Notes: generated from the letters alone by a model not told the origin. Shown: positions 19,655 through 29,415, numbered from the stretch's first letter. The stretch: 64,000 nt of DNA from Candidatus Thorarchaeota archaeon (GCA_048882045.1 JBHLRZ010000011.1:26778-90777), one strand, 5' to 3'. Translations and numbers: made by a program.

Positions 19655-20737
19655 TTATTCTTCCTTCAAAATCGAGTCTATCTTCTCAACACACTCGTCG
19701 TAAGGCAGTCTCCAGCTTTCTGACTCTTCACTGTACATGTCAATGAGGTGACAGTATCCTTTGTGGGTATAGTCCACAAGAAACTGAACGAACATCTCGT
19801 CCGTGTACTCTTTCAGACCTCGGAGATGTTTCAGAAACACGTTGGTTTCGGTTGATGGTAAATGGACTTGTACAAAGAAGTGACTACTGCTTTCCATTGT
19901 AATCTGATGGTAGAAAGGTAGTTTGTCAAACCAGAGTAGAATCTTCTTCGCATCCTTTGATTTGAAGAAACACATGACTGTCATGCCTGACTCTGTAAAA
20001 GGCTTCATGACGAGTTTATAGCCTCTAATGATGCCAGACTCCTCGAGTTTCTTGACCCGATTGTGTACCTGTGGTTGTGACAGGTCCAGAATCTCCCCCA
20101 ACTCACGCAGTTTGATATCTGGATTCTCCACCATATGCCTCAGGATCAGTGTGTCTTTTCCATCGAAACTGACTGTCTGAGGGTACTCCTCCAAGTCCAG
20201 TTCAATCTCTTTGGCTCTCGACATAATCTTCGGAAGGGATTCAGCCCACTTCTCCCAGTCCCAGTCTTCAATCTCTGAAAGCTTGGCCTCGAATCGCTGA
20301 TAGTCAACAACATCGAAGAGATAGTAATCCTCAACCAGTCCTTTCTTCTTGAGATCGGCAGCCAGATCAATTATCACACGTGGAGTGTGGAGGGGATAGA
20401 CCGAGTATATCAGGAATCCCTCATATTTTCCATATGTTGTAGCACTAAAGTAGAATACAGGAATTTCTTCCAGTATCTTCTTGAGTTTTGGTTCTTTAGA
20501 AGGAACACTGGTCACGACCAGAATGTATTCAGCCAGACCAAGCTTTCGCTCGTGTGTCTGGACCTTTGCCTTGCAGAGAATTCCACTCTCTTTCAGTTTG
20601 GAGATACGATATCTGATGGTCCTGCCAGGCTCATCTAAGTGCTCACTAAGCTCTCGTGTTGAAACCTTCGTGCCATACTCTTCAAGGGCGCGGAGGATCT
20701 TTAGGTCTAGGGGATCAAGCGAAGATTTCAGAGACAT
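19655..20737 (-). CDS. Lrp/AsnC-family regulator with two wHTH modules
   Basis: LDLKILRAL...TIRYRISKLKESGIL and ILRHM...VHNRVKKLEESGIIRGY. Confidence 0.85.
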   Translation of the reverse strand: MSLKSSLDPLDLKILRALEEYGTKVSTRELSEHLDEPGRTIRYRISKLKESGILCKAKVQTHERKLGLAEYILVVTSVPSKEPKLKKILEEIPVFYFSATTYGKYEGFLIYSVYPLHTPRVIIDLAADLKKKGLVEDYYLFDVVDYQRFEAKLSEIEDWDWEKWAESLPKIMSRAKEIELDLEEYPQTVSFDGKDTLILRHMVENPDIKLRELGEILDLSQPQVHNRVKKLEESGIIRGYKLVMKPFTESGMTVMCFFKSKDAKKILLWFDKLPFYHQITMESSSHFFVQVHLPSTETNVFLKHLRGLKEYTDEMFVQFLVDYTHKGYCHLIDMYSEESESWRLPYDECVEKIDSILKEE

Positions 20738-20788
20738 TGTGGATTATCACCATTCCACGTATTTTACGCTGATGAATATACTTATACT

Positions 20789-20946
20789 TTGGCAAACGTA
20801 TTTAAAAGTAGTCCTACCAAGAGTTGATTTTCCTATTAACTATTGGCAGGTTCGTGATTTTTTCTTTGCCCAAATATCGGCCTAAGTATTGGCAATGTTT
20901 ATATACAAATTGTGCCAGAACTTTAGTAGGTGCTAAAAAATTGGCA
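20789..20946. promoter_or_regulatory. Array of TTGGCA / TGCCA half-sites, putative operator region
   Basis: TTGGCA at 20789, 20843, 20889, 20941; inverted partners at 20815, 20867, 20913. Confidence 0.5.
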
Positions 20947-21196
20947 TTTGCAAAATTAATCAAAAAAATCCGTGCTGAGCCTAATCTGGAGGAGCATCTT
21001 CGGCTAAAGTCACAAGTGCGGACTGAAGTTTACAGAACCTCTTTCCATAGGTAAGCACTAGTCATTCATCTCGAGAAAGAGCCACACCGGTGGTAACGGT
21101 CGTGTGCGCTTCACGACCTCTTTTCTCTTTATTCTAGAAATCTGGCGGACAATGCCTCTGAACATCACCTCAACCTTTGTCATAGGAATCTAGAGC

Positions 21197-21412
21197 GTGA
21201 TCGCAATGCTTGCAACCACGATATACGAGTTCAGTAGAACGGTCATCGAGAGAGTAATTCCAGAGAGAGTCAAGAAACAGAAGATTTTGGAATACAAGGA
21301 CGCCTCGATTGAGCTCCGTCGTCATCTTGCAGCAGAGATTGCAAACAGGGAGTTTGAGCAACGGAAGGACAGAGCACTGACTGAGAACCACAGAACGAGT
21401 TTCATCCGGTGA
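21197..21412 (+). CDS. Small hypothetical protein
   Basis: 71-aa ORF divergent from the regulator, with a long structured leader. Confidence 0.5.
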   Translation: MIAMLATTIYEFSRTVIERVIPERVKKQKILEYKDASIELRRHLAAEIANREFEQRKDRALTENHRTSFIR

Positions 21413-21497
21413 AATTGCCAGCCTGCTACCATTCTGTTGAATTATGTACTTGGTCACAATCTTTATGTGAGAATCAAGAGCCGAACGATTTACCGGT

Positions 21498-21521
21498 GCT
21501 CAGGTAGCCAAGCCTGGTATG
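21498..21521 (+). pseudogene. 5' fragment of a split tRNA-Ser
   Basis: GCTCAGGTAGCCAAGCCTGGTATG is acceptor plus D arm; GCTCAGG is the exact complement of CCTGAGC in the 3' fragment; TTTATG box about 30 nt upstream. Confidence 0.8.
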
Positions 21522-21571
21522 ATTCCTAGTCAATGCTTATCTTGGAGTTGCATACTAAAGATTCGAGGTTT

Positions 21572-22153
21572 ATGGGAGCGCCTTTCATCAAACTATTCTA
21601 TAATTATGGAGCACCTGAAAGAAAGGAGATCGATGTGACAACCCTAGAGATAGGATGGAGTCCCTATGGGAAACAAGTAACTTACATTGACTTTTCAGGA
21701 TTGACTGGGAGTGATTTGATTTGGGGACTTTCAGTCAAGGGTCCGGAAATTCGTAAATTGGACCTCTCTCCGCTGGCTACTTGTCCCAACCTTCGAAATG
21801 TGAATATTGAGTACAATCCTAAATTGAAGAAAGTAGACCTGTCTCCTCTGTCAAGAAGTGACACTCTTCAGATTGTAAAAATCTTGGCAAATTCTAAACT
21901 AGTTGATTTGATACTCCCAAGCACTCCTTCCCTTAGAGAACTGAGAATATCAGGAAACGGCTTAGAACAGATAGATATCAGTCCCTTAGTTGTCTGTGAT
22001 ATACTCACAATATTCTCTATCGACGAGAGAATATCAATACTTATGGATTCGCGTTTCAAGAATGATACTAATCTGCCCAAATCTATTCAACAAATCCGCG
22101 ATCGAGTGATATGGAAAAATCCCCTGTCTAAAGAGAATGGAGCACGAGTGTGA
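21572..22153 (+). CDS. Leucine-rich repeat protein
   Basis: LDLSPLxxCxNL-type repeats. Confidence 0.75.
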   Translation: MGAPFIKLFYNYGAPERKEIDVTTLEIGWSPYGKQVTYIDFSGLTGSDLIWGLSVKGPEIRKLDLSPLATCPNLRNVNIEYNPKLKKVDLSPLSRSDTLQIVKILANSKLVDLILPSTPSLRELRISGNGLEQIDISPLVVCDILTIFSIDERISILMDSRFKNDTNLPKSIQQIRDRVIWKNPLSKENGARV

Positions 22154-22241
22154 ACTGCTGAGCTGTTTCTTGCTTCTAATTCAAGACAACCTGTCCATGA
22201 ACCTTGTTCATCCCATCATCCTTGAGAAGACTCACTAATCA

Positions 22242-22269
22242 AGACTTATCTTGGAGTTGTGTTCTAGAA
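22242..22269 (+). repeat. Repeated upstream module; identical 28-mer at 23590-23617, degenerate copies at 21536 and 22887
   Basis: AGACTTATCTTGGAGTTGTGTTCTAGAA. Confidence 0.85.
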
Positions 22270-22283
22270 GGCAATAAGGGTGT

Positions 22284-22865
22284 TTGAACGTGAGGCGTGC
22301 GATTCAGCTTATTGGCATCCTATTCGCTGTAGTAGTCTTGGTACTCACTTTCTCTCAAAACCTCGGGGAAATCCAATACCTGTTAGCATTTCTAGTATCA
22401 CTTGCAATCATAGTAATTTCATACGTAATTTCTAGGAGTGCAAGCGATAAGGAATCGCCCAAGTATTCCAAAAGGCAAATTGACCGTATGCTCCGCGCTG
22501 AGGAGAAACGCGTAGCAGAGAAAAAACCTTGGAGAACTCCCTTACGAGAATATGAGCTAGGTCCTCTTTCTAGGGAAATTGATCGGATAGAACTCGAAAC
22601 AGTGATACAGAATCCATCTATGGCAGAGGCCTATTCATTCAGAAATAGACTTGAAACGATGATACTATCAGTCGCGAGAAGGAGTATCGACGCGGGAACC
22701 GAGATATCGATGAATGAACTCTGTCAGTTGACTGGACTTGACTTTAAGACGACGAAACAGATGCTGGATTATGTTGGCCGTAGGAGAGGATTCTCCCATA
22801 AATCACGGAAGGTTGGTCCTGACCCAAGACAGGCAATGATTCAATTCTACTCAACCAGAAAGTAG
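22284..22865 (+). CDS. Hypothetical membrane protein (2 N-terminal TM helices, possible C-terminal HTH)
   Basis: Hydrophobic N-terminus; ISMNELCQLTGLDFKTTKQML. Confidence 0.6.
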   Translation: MNVRRAIQLIGILFAVVVLVLTFSQNLGEIQYLLAFLVSLAIIVISYVISRSASDKESPKYSKRQIDRMLRAEEKRVAEKKPWRTPLREYELGPLSREIDRIELETVIQNPSMAEAYSFRNRLETMILSVARRSIDAGTEISMNELCQLTGLDFKTTKQMLDYVGRRRGFSHKSRKVGPDPRQAMIQFYSTRK

Positions 22866-22998
22866 CTTTGGTTAGAACGAATCAAAACTTATGTTGAAAT
22901 TGTATTCTAAAAGGGGGGTCAAAGAGAATGGGATGCGAGTACTGTGAATCAGTGGGAAATGTGTTTCCTAGGTTATAATGATTCGGAGATGAGCCTTA

Positions 22999-23514
22999 AT
23001 GAACAATGATTGGAAGGAGAGTGTCAGAAGCCAAATTAACATGGAACTTGCAGAGATTGTGTTTCAAACTGTGCTACCAAATATAGAGATTTTACTTGAC
23101 AAAGTTCGGGATAGAAAGGACCCCGAAAAAGCATGTAGACTGGCTGATGAAATTGTTGCATCAGTTTATGATCATATTGTCAGACATCCTAGTATAGGAC
23201 AGGATTTTGCATTGAAACCTAGGAAAGTGGAATACCGTCACTTCTTGACAGTGATGATGATGACTCATCTCGATCCTGAAGACACACGCCGCCTTCCATC
23301 GATGGTGTACAAGGATACTGGGGAGGTCCCTTGGTTTGTTATTATTAGAGTTGGATTATGCTCTTTGATGATACTCTTGCATCAAGTTGTCTTTGGCTTC
23401 TTCGAGCAAGTATGGAGCAAGTCTTCATTTGCCACAATAGCAGATTGTAGCAAATCCGATGCCACTTCAGAAATGTTGACAAGATTCAACTTGGAGCTGG
23501 AAACTTGGCTGTAA
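22999..23514 (+). CDS. Hypothetical protein
   Basis: 171-aa ATG ORF, no recognised motif. Confidence 0.55.
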   Translation: MNNDWKESVRSQINMELAEIVFQTVLPNIEILLDKVRDRKDPEKACRLADEIVASVYDHIVRHPSIGQDFALKPRKVEYRHFLTVMMMTHLDPEDTRRLPSMVYKDTGEVPWFVIIRVGLCSLMILLHQVVFGFFEQVWSKSSFATIADCSKSDATSEMLTRFNLELETWL

Positions 23515-23639
23515 GTTAGTGTTGGTCCAAAACAAACTTGCTTTGAACCTCTCTCATCACATCCAGTTTCTTCAATACGGTCTCCAATCAGACTTATCTT
23601 GGAGTTGTGTTCTAGAAAGGGAGTCATGGAGAATGGGGC

Positions 23640-25361
23640 ATGAGTGTCAAGCTGGCCTACACCACTATCAATGGAAACATGGAAGAAGTTGAATTTGAGA
23701 AGGACAAGAAGACAGTTTCACTCGAGTTTAGAGATATTGTGAATGTTGACCTGACTCCACTCAAGTCCTATCCATCATTACAATCACTCGCTCTGAGTGA
23801 CAATCATCTCCAATCTATTGACCTTTCACCCCTAGCATCTATCAAAGACCTTCTACATCTCTATATATCCAGAAATCCACTAGAAAGTATTGACCTGTCA
23901 CCACTGAGTTCTTGTAGTAACTTCACATTACTCTATCTTTCAGAAAACATCCTCAAATCAGTTGATTTGTCACCACTTTCCTCCTGTTTGAAACTCGAAG
24001 ATTTGCGTCTTGAAGGAAATGGACTCCAGACTATCGATCTCGAGCCCCTCCGGTCATGTGAGTCTCTTAGATACCTCTACCTACAAGATAACAGACTTCA
24101 TGAGATTGACCTATCACCACTCAGCTCAACTAATCTAAGAAGCCTTATTCTTCGAAACAACTTGCTTGAGAGCATTGACCTGTCACCACTCAGATCCACT
24201 CCTCTCAAGTTCGGTGATCTCGTTCTGGCCCAAAATAAGCTGAAGAGTGTCAATCTGTCTGGATTTGGCTCTACTGGGTTAGAACGAGTTTTTCTGGCTC
24301 AAAATGAGCTGGAATCCATAGACCTTCTACCCCTCAGATCATGTGTGAAGCTCAGAAGAGTCACTCTTAAAGGGAACAAACTAGAGTCCGTCGATATCAC
24401 ACCTTTCTATCGATTCAAACATGCACTAGTGGAACATGATTATCATTGCATAGACTATTCATGGGTTAGACATCCAAGGAATCGTGGAACCTATAGAAGA
24501 CCTGAAAGGATGTACCCTTGGTCGTTCCTATATGAAGTGGTCAAAGATTTCCCGAATGACTATCAGGTTCAACACGACATCCTTCTGGCTCTTGAACTCG
24601 AGGATTATGGCTTCGTTGATTCCAATCTCACAGACAAGTTTCTCGCCATACCACCTGAAACAAGAACTGAAGATGTTCAAAAGTTACTCATTGAGATACT
24701 CGTAGAAGAGATAGTTGATTCTGTGGATAGAGGAGGACCAACGACAGGTCTCAATCTTGAACGACTCACGAGTAAACATTCTGAGATTGCTTTAAGGGTT
24801 CAGAGAATCGCTGAACTCAGAGCCTTGGAAATGGAAAAGCTGGTTGTGACAGTGAATGAAGACCATCTTCCGATTTTTACTGGACCAGTTGATCTACGTT
24901 ACTTCTGCTTGACGGCTTACGGATATGAGATTCTCAGAACTTTGAAAAAGACTCAAAACTATGGCACATCCTCTCTGGATGTAGAGATGGAGATATTGAG
25001 TCCCATAAAGAGAGCTCTCAAAGAAATCGGATTCACACTGAAGACTGGAGAAGGAAAATCTGGAGTGGAAATGAGTGGCAAACTCCGTAAGTGCATCTGG
25101 TGGATCAAGAAAAATGATGGTTCGAACTGGTATTCTAGAGACCTTGAACCAATAGACCGTCCTGTAACTGAATTGATAGTCCGTACAATAAGTAATCTGC
25201 TTGACGAAAGTCATAGAACAGTTGATTGGGATGAACTCACACAAGTCTTGCTAGGAAAGGGTGTTTCAAAGGATAGGGTTGATGAAACGGTTGCGATGCT
25301 AATCGCGAAGAGATACTTAGACAGAGTTTTTAACAAACTCCGTGTGACGGACAGCTTCTAG
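23640..25361 (+). CDS. Leucine-rich repeat protein with C-terminal wHTH-like tail
   Basis: About 10 LxLxxNxLxxIDLSPL repeats. Confidence 0.88.
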   Translation: MSVKLAYTTINGNMEEVEFEKDKKTVSLEFRDIVNVDLTPLKSYPSLQSLALSDNHLQSIDLSPLASIKDLLHLYISRNPLESIDLSPLSSCSNFTLLYLSENILKSVDLSPLSSCLKLEDLRLEGNGLQTIDLEPLRSCESLRYLYLQDNRLHEIDLSPLSSTNLRSLILRNNLLESIDLSPLRSTPLKFGDLVLAQNKLKSVNLSGFGSTGLERVFLAQNELESIDLLPLRSCVKLRRVTLKGNKLESVDITPFYRFKHALVEHDYHCIDYSWVRHPRNRGTYRRPERMYPWSFLYEVVKDFPNDYQVQHDILLALELEDYGFVDSNLTDKFLAIPPETRTEDVQKLLIEILVEEIVDSVDRGGPTTGLNLERLTSKHSEIALRVQRIAELRALEMEKLVVTVNEDHLPIFTGPVDLRYFCLTAYGYEILRTLKKTQNYGTSSLDVEMEILSPIKRALKEIGFTLKTGEGKSGVEMSGKLRKCIWWIKKNDGSNWYSRDLEPIDRPVTELIVRTISNLLDESHRTVDWDELTQVLLGKGVSKDRVDETVAMLIAKRYLDRVFNKLRVTDSF

Positions 25362-25376
25362 TTCAAGAAGACAAAT

Positions 25377-25490
25377 TGGCGCTGGGGGCGAGATTCGAAC
25401 TCGCGAGTGCATAGCACACTGGATGTTTGCAGAATGCTGGATCAGCTATCATTAGCAATCCAGCGCCCTACCAGGCTAGGCTACCCCAGC
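25377..25490 (-). tRNA. tRNA-Ser(GCT) with canonical 37/38 intron (25425-25452)
   Basis: Full cloverleaf with long V arm, BHB helix TTGC/GCAA, G73, encoded CCA. Confidence 0.92.
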
Positions 25491-25635
25491 TTGAGCAATC
25501 GGTTCGGAATCCCAATTCTCTCATAAACATTGTGACCGAACCTCATCTATTTGTGAAAACACATAAATCACGACCCTCGTAGAGATGCCTTGTTCAGCGG
25601 AAATTGATGTAGAGAGTGAAGCTTTATGCATACTT

Positions 25636-25716
25636 GCCGGGGTGGCTGAACGGTTAAAGCGCCTACCTGAAAAGTAGGTTTCTACGGATATGTGGGTTCG
25701 AATCCCACCCCCGCAA
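25636..25716 (+). tRNA. Aberrant type II tRNA (Leu/Ser-like body, GAA anticodon), possible pseudogene
   Basis: D, anticodon (CCTAC-CTGAAAA-GTAGG) and T arms intact; V arm with cUACGg; acceptor needs a bulge; no CCA. Confidence 0.6.
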
Positions 25717-25746
25717 GATGTTTCAGCACAACTTCTTCTCATTGTT

Positions 25747-27219
25747 CTACTTCAAGGAGAACCGACGCTGACTTACCTTCTTCCCATTCTCACGCACGAA
25801 CTTCTCCAATTCATTTTTTGAAACCTGATATATGCCATCGCCGAGCTCAAATTGGACGAGATCATGGCTATTGCTAATTGCCGAGGAATAATCAGGAACC
25901 TCAACAGATTCGGTTTCAGAAACCCATTCCATTATTTGAGGCTTTGATACCTCGATATAGGATGATTTGACAATGTCTGATTCGCTTTCCATGGCTATTA
26001 TTCCCGCCAATTCGAGAAGCTGAAGAAGAATGTTCAATCTCTTAGTGTTCTTCCCAGAACCTGGAAGATATCCAGACTTCTTACCGAGTGTTTCCTGTAA
26101 TGATTCACGAGTATATTCATCTCTCATCTGGAACAAAAGATGAATGTGGGAACCAAACCAAGTTCTGAGTAGATGAACTCTTAGTGTTTCTTTGGCATCA
26201 AGAGGGACTCCCCAATCCATGCTGGTGACAAAGCTGACTAGAGGAGGGCTTGGTTGCCATCCATCTTGATTTTCAGAGAGTAAATTGATCGACTCCCAAA
26301 ATGACAGACATGTTCTGACATTCTTTTGCGAAACACCCACAACAGATGAAACATCTGAAAGCATGACTGGTGTTCTATCCCGTTCGTACATCGCTGTGAT
26401 TACCTTCAAGGTTTCAATTTGCTTATCTAGAACTAAATTGTGACAGGGAATAGTTTCTCTTGCCGGAGTGTCACTGTAATCTCTGGATACTCTAACAGCT
26501 TTCAGTGATGCATCAAAACTAGAATCTAATGTTTCTTGAACGGGATCTTTTGGTGCTTCTAGTGAAGAATCTGTATGTCTGGCAGAGTCGTCCTTTAATT
26601 CCAACTGACTAAGTAATTTCTCATTCTGTGAGATATCAGAAGTCAGGTTGTAGATGTCACTTGGAGGGTCGAAACTCCCACCTTCCATTCCGAGACTTTT
26701 CAAGATTGGGTTCACATTGATCACGAGGATGCGACCATCTTCTTCCTTTCTGATAACACCAGAAAGAAGACCAGACTCTAGAAATGTCCGTTCAAATTGC
26801 CGGGCAACCTTATCGGTGACTCCATACTGTTGACCTATGAGGTTTCTAAGATAGAGAGGATTCTTGATTCTGGATCCTTTAAATCTTGTATACATTTCTC
26901 TGAACTTCTCCGGATTCAGGAAAGTCAGGATTCTGACTATTCTCTGTTGGGACTCTGACAAGGGCATTCGGAGAGAACGTCCTAATGGAGTCATTTCATA
27001 GTTGCCATTGTTTTGCTTGATGAGACCATACATTCCCATTGCACCTACTGCACTACCAGCACTCATACTATGAGGTGTTGTATATCCCATAATTGTTGTA
27101 AGACTGACTCGATCAACCTGTGATGCAGGTGAAAGGTCAGTAAGCCACTCTTCACATTTCGCGATTGTGTATCGGGGAAATGTGATTGTTTTAGCGCGTT
27201 TCTTAACCACGATATTCAC
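25747..27219 (-). CDS. Hypothetical protein with two predicted winged-helix regions
   Basis: AMGMYGLI..NNGNYEMTPLG and LSDVSSVVGVSQKNVRTCLSFWESINLL patterns. Confidence 0.55.
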   Translation of the reverse strand: MNIVVKKRAKTITFPRYTIAKCEEWLTDLSPASQVDRVSLTTIMGYTTPHSMSAGSAVGAMGMYGLIKQNNGNYEMTPLGRSLRMPLSESQQRIVRILTFLNPEKFREMYTRFKGSRIKNPLYLRNLIGQQYGVTDKVARQFERTFLESGLLSGVIRKEEDGRILVINVNPILKSLGMEGGSFDPPSDIYNLTSDISQNEKLLSQLELKDDSARHTDSSLEAPKDPVQETLDSSFDASLKAVRVSRDYSDTPARETIPCHNLVLDKQIETLKVITAMYERDRTPVMLSDVSSVVGVSQKNVRTCLSFWESINLLSENQDGWQPSPPLVSFVTSMDWGVPLDAKETLRVHLLRTWFGSHIHLLFQMRDEYTRESLQETLGKKSGYLPGSGKNTKRLNILLQLLELAGIIAMESESDIVKSSYIEVSKPQIMEWVSETESVEVPDYSSAISNSHDLVQFELGDGIYQVSKNELEKFVRENGKKVSQRRFSLK

Positions 27220-27308
27220 GTTCCTGCTTGCTAAAATAGCTAGCGTTCGTTACATATGGCTTAAAGTACTAGCGTACGTATTTAAAGGTACCGCTCAATA
27301 TCAACGAG

Positions 27309-27386
27309 TACTGATAGCTAATCCAGCCGTCAGCAAACATCTAGTGTGCTCTGCACTCGAGAGTTCAAATCTCTCCCTGAGCGCCA
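27309..27386 (+). pseudogene. 3' fragment of split tRNA-Ser(GCT), intron retained
   Basis: Intron homologous to 25425-25452, then ATCTAG, V arm GTGC-TCT-GCAC, GAGAG-TTCAAAT-CTCTC, CCTGAGC-G-CCA. Confidence 0.85.
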
Positions 27387-27396
27387 CTTCTTCTCT

Positions 27397-27822
27397 TCAG
27401 CCTTCTTTCAGGTGTAGACGAGTATCACAGAATGGACAATGAACAACATCCGTATCGACTGGGAGTGCATTCACGAGATCAAAGATGTTGTTGCAGTTTC
27501 CACAACGATATCTGTCAGTGCCCGAGATTCTCTCAGCTGGGAGTGCATGCTTTCTCATTGAATCGAGAATTCTATCATCCTGCGAAACATCTGTGGGAGC
27601 GATGCTTCTACCTTGTGCCCAACGAAAGGTCGCATAGAGTCCAAAAATGACCATTGGAATATAGAAGACCATATAGATTGGAATCATGTCTACAGGTCCA
27701 ATGATGGCAATACCTATCGTGCCACCCAGACCTAGAATGAGTATGAGTACAAAGAACAACCACCTAGCTGGGGAAGGACCCGGTTTCTGTTGGTATGGGT
27801 CATAGTAGTCATCTTCTGTCAT
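27397..27822 (-). CDS. Membrane protein with C-terminal Zn ribbon
   Basis: 2 TM helices; CGNC...CPFC. Confidence 0.7.
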   Translation of the reverse strand: MTEDDYYDPYQQKPGPSPARWLFFVLILILGLGGTIGIAIIGPVDMIPIYMVFYIPMVIFGLYATFRWAQGRSIAPTDVSQDDRILDSMRKHALPAERISGTDRYRCGNCNNIFDLVNALPVDTDVVHCPFCDTRLHLKEG

Positions 27823-27890
27823 AGATTGGACACTCCAAATGAAAGTAGGACCTGAAACCTACTAATCTCTTGTGTCTAGGATCAAACATA

Positions 27891-27925
27891 AAATAAGAAG
27901 AGAGAACACGGGCCTCGCAGGCCCG
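27891..27925 (-). terminator. Terminator after tuf
   Basis: CGGGCCT-CGC-AGGCCCG hairpin followed by a T-rich tract on the minus strand. Confidence 0.55.
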
Positions 27926-27941
27926 GTTCTATGAAATTGGA

Positions 27942-29276
27942 CTATTCCTTCTTTCCAGGCTTCGCTTTGGCCATTGTCTTTGGTGTGACTTTCTGGACAA
28001 TGCCAACAGCCACGGTCATTCCCATGTCTCGGACGGCAAACCTACCGAGCTGTGGAAACTCCTTGTAGGACTCAATGACCATCGGTTTGAGTGGCACCAA
28101 CTTTGCAATCATGGACTCACCTTTCTTGACAAAGTCAGGGTTCTCTTCGATGACCTGTCCACTACGCTGGTCAAGTTTCTGGAGGATCTGATCGAACCTG
28201 CATGCCACCTGAGCGGTGTGGGTGTGAATTACTGGTGTGTAACCAACTGTGATGGCACTCGGGTGCTGAATGACCATGACTTGTCCGGTGTAGTCTTCAG
28301 CAACTGTGGGTGGTTTGTCAGTTGGACCAGCAACATCTCCACGACCAAGGTCCTTTCTTTCAATACCTCGCACGTTGAAACCGATGTTGTCACCAGGTAC
28401 TGCCTCAGGCATCACTTCATGGTGCATCTCAATGGACTTGATTTCTCCTTCTTTATTTGGAGGCATAAAGATGACTTTCATTCCTGTCTTCATGATTCCG
28501 GTTTCAACACGACCGACCGGCACTGTACCGACACCCTTGATTGAGTAGACATCGTTGATGGGTACTCGCAGTGGTTTGTCGGTTGGTTTTGGTGGAAGTG
28601 TAACTCCATCAAGAGCCTCTAGGAGTGAAGGACCATCATACCAAGGTGTAAGGTCGGGGGTCCTCTCCTTCAGGTTGGCTGCGTCGAGTGCTGAGGTTGG
28701 AATAAACGGAACATCTTCCTTCTTATAGCCAATGCTGGCTAGAAATCCACCGACTTCATCCTTGACCTCATTGTACCTATCTTCACTGTATTTGACACTC
28801 TCGTCGTCCATCTTGTTAACACAGACAATCAAGCTTGGTACACCAAGAGTCATTGCAAGATAGGCATGCTCCTTGGTCTGGCCACCAGGACCAACACCAG
28901 CTTCGAACTCTCCACGCTTTCCGGACACAACAAGTAGACCAACGTCAGCCTGTGAGGCGCCAGTGATCATGTTCTTGATGAAGTCTTTGTGGCCTGGAGC
29001 GTCAATGATAGTGTAATAGTACTTGTCGGTGAGGAACTTGAAGAAAGCGATGTCAATTGTAAGACCTCTCTCACGCTCCTCTTTCAGTCTGTCTAGAGCG
29101 AAAGCCCAAGCCCAGGAAGGCCTACCAAGTTTCTCGGCCTCAGCCTTGTGCTGCTGGAATGTTCGCTCATCTACTGCACCTGTCTCATATAGCAATCTAC
29201 CCGTCATAGTGCTTTTACCGTGGTCTACGTGCCCTATGACGACGAGATTGAGGTGCTCCTTGTCTTTTTTGCTCAA
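27942..29276 (-). CDS. tuf: Elongation factor 1-alpha
   Basis: [37 protein letters not shown]. Confidence 0.98.
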   Translation of the reverse strand: MSKKDKEHLNLVVIGHVDHGKSTMTGRLLYETGAVDERTFQQHKAEAEKLGRPSWAWAFALDRLKEERERGLTIDIAFFKFLTDKYYYTIIDAPGHKDFIKNMITGASQADVGLLVVSGKRGEFEAGVGPGGQTKEHAYLAMTLGVPSLIVCVNKMDDESVKYSEDRYNEVKDEVGGFLASIGYKKEDVPFIPTSALDAANLKERTPDLTPWYDGPSLLEALDGVTLPPKPTDKPLRVPINDVYSIKGVGTVPVGRVETGIMKTGMKVIFMPPNKEGEIKSIEMHHEVMPEAVPGDNIGFNVRGIERKDLGRGDVAGPTDKPPTVAEDYTGQVMVIQHPSAITVGYTPVIHTHTAQVACRFDQILQKLDQRSGQVIEENPDFVKKGESMIAKLVPLKPMVIESYKEFPQLGRFAVRDMGMTVAVGIVQKVTPKTMAKAKPGKKE

Positions 29277-29415
29277 TCTTATTCACCACGTTGTTTTAGT
29301 CTGTCCTCTGAGCTGGACAGACTTTTGCTGTGACCTTTGGCTGTGCTTTTAACGCTTTCGACAAGGTCTATCATTCAGAAGCAATAGGAGCCTTCTATTG
29401 ATTATTGATAGAGTA

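Larger units (their letters stand above)
21522..27308. mobile_element. Genomic island interrupting tRNA-Ser(GCT); no integrase visible
   Basis: Bounded by complementary tRNA-Ser halves; accessory cargo; internal inverted tRNA-Ser. Confidence 0.6.

Noticed and set aside
20970-21060. TPP riboswitch
   Set aside because: Only scattered motif fragments; no CUGAGA core, and no thiamine gene downstream.
21522-25376. Integron cassette array
   Set aside because: No clear attC inverted cores and no IntI gene in the window.
21498-27386. Classical trans-spliced split tRNA-Ser
   Set aside because: No long complementary leader and trailer, and about 12 nt of the mature tRNA are missing in this window.
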